Below are positions 41,877-64,000 of a DNA stretch of 64,000 nucleotides, one piece after another. Positions within the stretch are counted from its first letter, which is position 1, and each line of letters opens with the position of its first letter. A model generated the notes under the pieces. The model was given only the letters and a program-made list of their open reading frames with translations. It made no database searches and was not told where the DNA came from. Source of the stretch: Macrostomum lignano (Eukaryota). Where the stretch lies: contig NIVC01000016.1 of NCBI GenBank assembly GCA_002269645.1, positions 62,001 to 126,000 on the forward strand, read 5' to 3'. Made by a program: the position numbers and the translations under genes.

Positions 41877-44800
41877 ATGCATGACAGTGGGTTGCTATTG
41901 GTTACCCAGGCCATCACCCGCCATCACCTGCAGCGTCTGCTTCGCCTGGCTGGTGAGCGAGTGCGCGGCCGCCTCTATCTCTGCCTGGAGCGAGCGCCCC
42001 TGACCCCCAGAACCATCAGCCTATGCTATAGCCAGCCCACCCGTCCCGGCCTGGATGTTCGCTACCTGCACCCGGACTGGCCGAAACATGCTGGCCGAGT
42101 ATGCGACCTGCTCATGCATGATTGTCCGAGCTTGTCACCTGGGCAGGCTGTTGACTTGGCCAACAGGTACCTAGCTGGCCGGCCCGGAATGGCAGAGGCT
42201 CTGACGGTGAGCTTGAATGCAGATCTTCCCGCATCTTGTAATCTTCCTGCTTATTTTCATATCTTTCCACATTTTGCGTATCTTTCCGAATCGCTTGTAT
42301 CTTCCCGTATCTTCCCGTACTTTCCCGCATCTTCCCGTATCGCTTGTATCTTCCCGTATCTTCCCGTATCTTTCCGCATCTTTCTGTATCGCTTGTATCC
42401 TCCCGTATCTTCCCGTATCGCTTGTATCTTCCCGTATCTTTCCGTATCGCTTGTATCTTCCCGTATCCCTCCGCATCTTTCCATATCTTCCAAATCTTCC
42501 CAAATCTTCCCATATCTTCTCGTATCTTCCCGTCTTTTTGACCTGCAGAATCTTCTTCAGTCACCTGTAAAATTGCCCTCAATTCTCAAAGGAAAATCGC
42601 CCTCAACTACCTGTAGAAACTCATATTTTTATAATCATATAATTTTTTATTGTGTAATCTGACCGCAACTTCTCGTATATTTTTTAATCCTTCCCATCCG
42701 AATCCCCCATCCCAGGTGGAGCACCCGGAGCCCGAGGAGCCCGAGGAGGACTTGGCCGACCCGGACTGGCGGCCCGACCAGTTTGCCAACGTGGCCCTTG
42801 GCGGCACCTTCGACCGGCTGCACTCAGGACACAAGATCCTGCTCGCCACCGGGGCGCTGCTCGCCAGCCGGGTGCTCACAATCGGCATCACCGGGCCCGG
42901 GTTGCTAGGCAACAAAGTGCTGCCGGATTTAATTCAGTCGTATCGAGAGCGGGCGGCCGCTGTAGTGGACTTCCTGGCCGACACCCGGCCGGACGGGCCC
43001 GTGTATCATGTGACCGAGCTGGCCGAGCCGCTGGGCCCGCCGGCCCGCCAGGCCGACTACCAGGCCCTGGTGGCCAGTCCGGAGACCCGGTCGGGCTGCG
43101 GCCGGATCAACGCGGCTCGGACAGCGGCCGGGTGGCCGGAACTGCCCGTCCATTGCGTGCCCTTTGCCCAGGAGGAGGAGGGAGCGACTCCGGCACCGAT
43201 TAATGGTGAGGGAGCCTGTTCACCCTAACCTGTTCACCCCAACATGTTCACCCAACCTGTTCACCCTAACCTGTTCACCCCAACCTGTTCACCCCAACCT
43301 GTTCACCCCAACCTGTTCACCCCAACCTTTTCACCCCAACCTGTTCACCCCAACCTGTTCACCCTAACCTGTTCACCCCAACCTGTTCACCCTAACCTGT
43401 TCACGCCAACCTGTTCACACCAATCTGTTCACCTCAACCTGTTCACCCCAACTTGTTCACCTCAACCTGTTCACACCAACCTGTTCACTCTAACCTGTTC
43501 ACCCCAACCTGTTCACCCCAACCTGTTCACCTCAACCTGTTCACCCTAGCCTGTTCACCCTAACCTGTTCACCCAACCTGTTCACCCCAACCTGTTCACC
43601 CCAACCTGTTCACCCCAACCTGTTCACCCCAACCTGTTCACTCCAATCTGTTCACCCCAACCTGTTCACCTCAACCTGTTCACACCAACCTGTTCACACC
43701 AATCTGTTCACACCAATCTGTTCACCTCAACCTGTTAACCCCAAGCTGTTCACCTCAACCTGTTCACCCCAAGCTGTTCACATCAACCTGTTCACCCCGA
43801 CCTGTTCACACCAACCTGTTCACCCCGACCTTTTCACCCCAACCTGTTCACCCCAACCTGTTCACCCCAACCTGTTCACCCTAACCTGTTCACCCCAAGC
43901 TGTTCACCCCAAGCTGTTCACCCTAACCTGTTCACCCCAACCTGTTCACCCTAACCTGTTCACCCAAGCTGTTCACGCCAAGCTGTTCACCCTAACCTGT
44001 TCACCCCAACCTGTTCACACCAATCTGTTCACCTCAACCTGTTCACCTCAACCTGTTCACACCAACCTGTTCACCCCGACCTGTTCACCCCAACCTGTTC
44101 ACCCCAACCTGTTCATCCCAATCTGTTAACCCCAACCTGTTCACCTCAACCTGTTCACCTCAACCTGTTCACCCCAACCTGTTCACCCCGACCTGTTCAC
44201 CCCGACCTGTTCACCCCGACCTGTTCACACCAATCTGTTAACCCCAACCTGTTCACCTCAACCTGTTCACCCCGACCTGTTCACCCCGACCTGTTCACCC
44301 CGACCTGTTCACACCAATCTGTTCACCTCAATCTGTTCACCTCAACCTGTTCACCCCAAGCTGTTCACACCAACCTGTTCACCCCGACCTGTTCACCTCA
44401 ACCTGTTCACCCCAACCTGTTGACACCAACCTGTTCACCCCGACCTGTTCAACCCAGAGACGAAGCTCAGCTCCTCAACCGGTCGGTACCGCCTGCTGGG
44501 CGCGCCGCTCCGTCCGCCGCTCCGCCCGCCGGTGCCCGGACGGCCTTATGTGCTCGGCCTCACGGGCGGCTCCGGCTCGGGCAAGAGCAGCGTCGGCCGC
44601 CGCCTCGCCGGCCTCGGCGCCCGCGTCGTCGACTGCGACCGGCTCGGCCACGCCGCCTACGCGCCCGGCACCGCCTGCCATCGCCGCCTGCTGGCCGAGT
44701 TCGGGCCAGAGATCGCGCCGGACGGACCGGACGGCGCCATCGACCGGAAGGCGCTTGGCCGGCGCGTCTTCGCTGACCAGTCGGCCAGACAGCGACTGAA

Positions 44801-45823
44801 CGACATCGTCTGGCCGGAGATCCGGCGCTTGGCTTTAGAGGTCCGTCATGCAGAATCCGCCGCTGCCACCTGGAGAATCTCCCTCAGCCACCTGTAGAAT
44901 CTCCCTCAGCCACCTGTAGAATCTCCCTCAGCCACCTATAGAATCTCCCTCAGCCACCTATAGAATCTCCCTCAGCCACCTGTAGAATCTCCCTCAGCCA
45001 CCTCTAGAATCTCCCTCAGCCACCTATAGAATCTCCCTCAGCCACCTGTAGAATCTCCCTCAGCCACCTATAGAATCTCCCTCAGCCACCTCTAGAATCT
45101 CCCTCAGCCACCTAGAGAATCTCCCTCAGCCACCTGTAGAATCTCCCTCAGCCACCTGTAGAATCGCTCTCAAATCTCATACTCATAGGAGAATCGCCCT
45201 CAAATCTCGTAGGAGAATCGCCCTCAATTCCCATAGGATAATTGCCCTCAAATCTCATAGGAGAATCGCCCTCAAATCTCATAGGAGAATCGCCCTCAAA
45301 TATCATAGAAGAATCGCCCTCAAATCTCATAGGAGAATCGCCCTCAAATCTCATAGGAGAATCGCCCTCAAATCTCATAGGAGAATCGCCCTCAAATCTC
45401 ATGGGAGAATCGCCCTCAAATCTAAAGATAATCGCCCTCAGCCACCTAAAGAACCGGAACAAAATCGCCTACCCCCAGGCTGTGCACTCCGGCCCCCAGT
45501 CGGCCAGTCCAGACGTCGTGGTCCTTGACGCTGCCGTGCTCCTAGAAGCTGAGTGGCAGTGCCTCTGCCACGAAGTGTGGCTCTGCCTCATCCCGAAGCG
45601 GGAGGCGGTCAAGCGGCTGACGGAGCGGGACGGCCTGACGGAGGAGGCGGCGCAGGCTCGACTGGCCGCTCAGCTGACCGATGCGGACCGGCTCAGCTGG
45701 GCTAGCGTCGCTTTGTGCACCCTGTGGGAGCCGGAGGCCACCCAGGCTCAAGTTGAGCTGGCCTGGAAACGGTTGCTAAGGGAACGATTGGGCGCTACTC
45801 CGGGTCCGCAGTCGAATTTGTAG
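41877..45823 (+). CDS. COASY: Bifunctional coenzyme A synthase (PPAT + dephospho-CoA kinase), 4 exons, about 515 aa
   Basis: Exons 41877..42206, 42716..43205, 44458..44840 and 45479..45823. Motifs VALGGTFDRLHSGHK (HxGH), KLSSS, DPCK P-loop GLTGGSGSGKS, VDCDRLGH, LNDIVWPEI and VLDAAVLLEAEW. Confidence 0.95.
42285..42530. repeat. Degenerate 10-bp repeat (ATCTTCCCGT / ATCGCTTGT) in COASY intron 1
   Basis: Directly visible. Confidence 0.85.
43214..44455. repeat. 14-bp minisatellite (ACCTGTTCACCCCA) forming essentially all of COASY intron 2
   Basis: About 88 copies running from donor to acceptor. Confidence 0.97.
44873..45445. repeat. Two related arrays in COASY intron 3: 22-bp TAGAATCTCCCTCAGCCACCTG then 24-bp GAGAATCGCCCTCAAATCTCATAG
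   Basis: Directly visible. Confidence 0.9.
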
Positions 45824-45857
45824 ATCAGTTTTGTTTTTTGTGTTCATTGATTCCGCT

Positions 45858-46945
45858 GTAGAATCGCCCTCAGCTACCTATTGGAGAATCGCCCTCAGCT
45901 ACCTATTGGAGAATCGCCCTCAGCTACCTATTGGAGAATCGCCCTCAGATACCTATTGGAGAATCGCCCTCAGCTACCTATTGGAGAATCGCCCTCAGCT
46001 ACCTATTGGAGAATCGCCCTCAGCTACCTATTGGAGAATCGCCCTCAGCTACCTATTGGAGAATCGCCCTCAGATACCTATTGGAGAATCGCCCTCAGCC
46101 ACCTATTGGAGAATCGCCCTCAGCTACCTATTGGAGAATCGCCCTCAGATACCTATTGGAGAATCGGCCTCAGCCCCTATTGGAGAATCGGCCTCAGCCA
46201 CCTATTGGAGAATCGCCCTCAGCTACCTATTGGAGAATCGCCCTCAGATACCTATTGGAGAATCGCCCTCAGCTACCTATTGGAGAATCGCCCTCAGCTA
46301 CCTATTGGAGAATCGCCCTCAGATACCTATTGGAGAATCGGCCTCAGCCCCTATTGGAGAATCGGCCTCAGCCACCTATTGGAGAATCGCCCTCAGCTAC
46401 CTATTGGAGAATCGCCCTCAGCTACCTATTGGAGAATCGCCCTCAGCCCCTATTGGAGAATCGCCCTCAGCCCCTATTGGAGAATCGGCCTCAGCTACCT
46501 ATTGGAGAATCGCCCTCAGATACCTATTGGAGAATCGCCCTCAGCTACCTATTGGAGAATCGCCCTCAGCTACCTATTGGAGAATCGCCCTCAGCTACCT
46601 ATTGGAGAATCGCCCTCAGCTACCTATTGGAGAATCGCCCTCAGCTACCTATTGGAGAATCGCCCTCAGCTACCTATTGGAGAATCGCCCTCAGCTACCT
46701 ATTGGAGAATCGCCCTCAGCTACCTATTGGAGAATCGCCCTCAGCTACCTATTGGAGAATCGCCCTCAGCCACCTATTGGAGAATCGCCCTCAGCTACCT
46801 ATTGGAGAATCGCCCTCAGCCCCTATTGGAGAATCGGCCTCAGCCCCTATTGGAGAATCGCCCTCAGCTACCTATTGGAGAATCGCCCTCAGCTACCTAT
46901 TGGAGAATCGCCCTCAGCCCCTATTGGAGAATCGGCCTCAACCCC
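45858..46945. repeat. 25-bp minisatellite (GAGAATCGCCCTCAGCTACCTATTG) 3' of the COASY stop
   Basis: About 44 copies with 21-bp deletion variants; source of the YWRIALS/LLENRPQ ORFs. Confidence 0.95.
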
Positions 46946-47489
46946 CTATTCAAAATTGAAGTGACATTGCTATTCAATAATTATTTACCTGATTTTTGGC
47001 TGCAATGGTGTACTGTTGAAAATGTCCAACTCTTTTTTATATACCTTACTGTCATAATGATGATGAACTTCGTACAGAAATACAACAGGTCATTTGTTTC
47101 GTCTGCAGTTGCTTGATTTCTACTGATTAATTTGTTCACAAAGCAATAAAAGCAATCTGCTCTGTGTTGAATATTGAATTTATTTTCTCTAATTATGTGT
47201 TTACCTTGATTTCGAAGGGAAAAGTAAAAATTCCGGTATACTACTTAGTTACCCGTGGTTTAGTAGCCTGCCAAGAATGCAAGTGTTGCTTTGTCCTCAA
47301 TGATCGTGGGATCTCTTTAACAGAGTCAACTTTTGGCGGGCGAAACAAACTCACGAGGGCTCAAAAGCCAAAATTCGCGCAAATACAAAATACAAACTCA
47401 TATTGAAGCGAGCAAAAGCGACACAACACAACAAGGGTACTAAAATCGAGTTCATCAACAACAGTTACTTCAGCTGTTAGTCAGTCGCT

Positions 47490-49170
47490 CAGGTGCAGCG
47501 CACTTCCTCATCGAACGGCGAAGCTGCAGCATGGCGTCTGGCTCCGCCTCAGCAGCAGCGCCGTCAGCAAAAACTTCGGGTGCGTCCTTCGGCACCGCAT
47601 CGCACTGCGGCACCGCTGCCGCTGGTGTGGCTTGGTCGGAAGCTGACTGACCGTGGCCGGCTTGAGCACCTGGTCCACGTGCCTGTGTGCGTCTCTGCCG
47701 TCATCGAACCGGCACGTGAAGTCGGCAGCACCAGAACTGTCTGTGACTGTCGCTGGCCTCCAGCGTCCGTCACTCGCGCCAGCACCGAGTCGCCGACATT
47801 AATGCGACAGTCGTGCGCGTGGGCGTCGTGCTGCTCCTTCTACAGTGCCTGCTGTACGGCCACCCGGGCGGGCAGGTCAGGGCGGACTCGGTCGAGCAAC
47901 GATTTCAGCCTTCGCCCCATCAGCAACTCGCAGGAAGCCCTCCCGGTAGTTGCATGCGGCGTGACTCGGTACGTCAGGAGGAACCGGGAGACTCGCTTCT
48001 CCAAAGAGCCGCTTCGCTTCAGAGTCTGAACTGCTCGCTCTGCCTGGCCGTTGGACGCCGGGTGGTACGGGGCCGTGCGCACGTGCGGACCAAGCTGGAC
48101 CGCAGCTTCTCGATAGTCGCAGTCGACAACGTCGAAGGCATCACATACACGTCCATCCACTTGGAGTGGGCGTCAACGACAACGAGCAACATCCGGCCTT
48201 GGACCCGCCCGGCGTAGTCAATGTGCAGGCGCGACCAGGGCTTGTCCGGCCACGCCCACGGCTGCAGTGGAAACGGACCTGCCGACTTCTGCATCTCCTG
48301 GCACTCGGTGCACGCGGTGACCAGCCGCTCGATCGCCTCTTCCAGCTTGGGCTACCAGAAAACGCTTCTAGCCAGCGCCTTCATTCTCGTGGCGCCCTGG
48401 TGCCCCTGGTGCAGGCAGTGCAGCAGCGCCTTCCGACCGGCCTCGGGAACTACGACTCGGCAGCCCCAAAGCAGAGAGCCATCTTGGGTGCTCAGCTGGT
48501 CGGCTCGCGTGTAGTACGGCTGCAGCTCAGGCGGTGGCCGCTCCGGCCAGCAGCCGGTCTCGGTGAAGCGCAGAACTCGGGACAAGTTCGGGTCTGTCCG
48601 AGTCCACGCCCGGGTGTGCCGAGCTGTCACCGGTCCCTCGTCCAGGAAGTCCATGAGTAGGACGCTTCAGCTGGAGTTAGCGCTTCCTTCGGCTTCTCCG
48701 GCAGCGGCAGCAGACTCAGCGCATCGGCTCGGAGCAGCGACTTGCCCGCTCGGTGGACCATGGGGTACTGGTAGCCGGCCAGGAGCAGCGCCCACCGCTG
48801 GATTCTGCCAGAAGCCAGTGCTGGTATCGGCTTGGACTGGTGCAGCAGCCCGAGCAGCGGCTTGTGGTCGCTCACCAGCGTCAGCGTGAAGTCTCGGCCG
48901 TACAGGTACATGTGCAATTTCTTATCTCCGTAGATTATCGCGAGCGCCTCCTTCTCGAGCTGTGAGTATCGGGTCTGTCGACTCTGTCGATCCGTTGGCT
49001 GATGACGGCGCCGATGCCGTAAAGCGAGGCGTCGCACTCGAGCACCAGCGGCTTCTGACGGTCGAAATACCCGAGCACCGGTGCCGGCTGAGTAGCGACT
49101 TGCACCTGCGAAACGCTTCACCCTGCACAGCGTCCCATCGCCAGGGGGCGCCCTTGTTCAGCAGCAGCAG
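47490..49170 (-). mobile_element. Decayed Ty3/gypsy LTR retrotransposon pol fragment (RNase H-like, integrase Zn finger and core)
   Basis: Motifs PWRWDAVQGEAF, YSQLEKEALAII, LVSDHKPLLGL, RIQRWALLLAGYQY, ADALS, LHQGHQGATRMKALARSVFW, PWSRLHIDYAG, LLVVVDAHSKW, PYHPASNGQAERAVQTLK, FLLTYRVTPHATTG. Several frameshifts, an in-frame TAG at 48354-48352 and a deletion in the integrase core. No LTR pair was recognised. Confidence 0.9.
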
Positions 49171-49980
49171 CCCTTCGCCACGCTCCCTCTCTTATCTCCC
49201 TTCTCCCCACTCTCGCTCTTTCATCTCCCTTCTCCCTGGCAGTCTGCGTTCTCTAAAAATTGCGATGGAGACGCGCTCAGCATGACAGCATCGCAGAACC
49301 ATTAGCACTGCGGCTTTGCAACCTTAGAGAACATTTCCACTCTAATCCCCTATTCGCCCTCTGTTGTCCATTTTCTGCTTTGCATTGAGTGAAAGAGCTG
49401 GATTTCGGATGCAGGGGCAGGGAGTTTGCAGTGCTTTAATGCCGTAGTCTAGCTGGGAGAATCAGCTGGGTTAGATAGGCGAAAGCCGACGGTGCACTCT
49501 GCACTTTGCCTGTGTATTGCACTGCAGTTCGAGCCCCAGCTGGACTGGCTGTGGCTGCCTGGGGGAGGGGAAAGGAGGTGCTGCCGTTGCCGCAAGACTG
49601 TACGGCTTTGCAGTTGCGCACACCGGGAATGCCTGGGGCTGGATGCCTATGCAGATCTGCAAGGAGGGCCGGCAGGGGATAGCAGGGGAGAGCTAGGGAA
49701 CCGCTAGAGAACCGCTAGCCATCCCCTCAGCCCCATGGCTCCCAGCCTTCGTGTCACGGTGGATCTTTGCTGCAAAACGAAGGAGAAAGTTTTCAGTGTC
49801 CCCAGCAACCGCCCCAACCCTTCGGTCCATATTGCCTTGGTCCGACCAAGCAGCCCCCGGCCTCGTAGTTCAAAGTAGCCGATAGACTTTGTGAAGCAAT
49901 TCTCTTATACTCTTAAGGAGTAATTCGATTCCCGATTTCCCGACGACAGCAGCAGAGCACTGCTTGATCTGCCAGGAAAA

Positions 49981-63337
<13,357 letters not shown>

Positions 63338-64000
63338 ATGCTGGCGATCGAGCGACCCCAGTCTGACTTTTCATATAGTCGTTATAACTAAATTACTTAT
63401 TATTATATCATTACTTTAATTAGTAAATCCTTTAATCTGTACCGACATCGTGGAATCTTAACAGTTACATCAGTTCCTGTGACATCTAATTATATTTTTT
63501 TAGTATTATAAAACGTTTTCAAGGTGAACTTTGGTTTGTTGAAATCATAGAATTTACTTTTAGTTAAGACGAGACTCAAACTTAATAAAAACGCGGTGTA
63601 GCTACTTATAATAACAATATTGCGTTTTTCTCTTCACTTAGCTATTGCTTACATTGCGCTGCGGTCTCAAGCAAAATTCAATTTGTTGTGTTCGAGTCAC
63701 AGGTTATCAGTTGAAGCAAGCACAGACTCCAAAGCCTAATGAACAGCAAGCAATGAAACTCAATCGTAGCAGCCCGTTGCTTAGCGCCTTAGCGGGTGGT
63801 ACTGGTATAAAATGGCGAGTGATACAGACAGGAACGCCTCTCACGGGTCACGGCCTCTCAGTCAAAGCGTCAAAGTCTTCTTCGAACTACGGTCGGTGTT
63901 AGTGTTAGGCCATAGACATCCTAAAAGCGCAGACATCATCCCCAAGCCATGGATGAATAGAGACCTAGCCTGATCGGATTGATAACTCAATATATACTCG

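Noticed and set aside
49173-49180. PBS-like TGGCGAAG at the 5' edge of the gypsy fragment
   Set aside because: The upstream sequence does not end in CA and has no matching LTR copy at the other end.

Overview
Eukaryotic, intron-rich animal DNA. GC-rich exons sit among AT-rich spacers, and almost every long intron is filled by its own private minisatellite. This architecture suggests a macrostomid flatworm such as Macrostomum, which is my inference and is not verified. Eight protein-coding genes could be built by hand with GT-AG junctions: (1) a class A GPCR (-, running off the left edge); (2) an intronless LRR transmembrane protein (+); (3) an SVOP-like MFS transporter (-); (4) an intronless PAN/apple + C-type lectin (+); (5) CDC123 (+); (6) a CDKL1/4-like kinase (-); (7) bifunctional CoA synthase COASY (+); (8) a 15-exon fibrillar collagen (signal peptide, VWC, Thr-rich stretch, triple helix, COLFI; +). 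The window also holds a decayed Ty3/gypsy pol fragment, two inverted-repeat (foldback/MITE-like) elements and about 30 tandem arrays. CDC123 and the collagen each carry a single-base loss in a G/C homopolymer, most likely a long-read assembly error. The best candidate for something undescribed is a GC-rich island of about 700-750 nt at 14.68-15.43 kb (minus strand). It has a tRNA-like A/B-box head, nested long-range helices whose G-U pairs form only on the minus strand, and a T-run end. It looks like an unclassified Pol III-type structured RNA or an unusual tRNA-headed SINE. Most long ORFs in the supplied track are artefacts of the tandem arrays.
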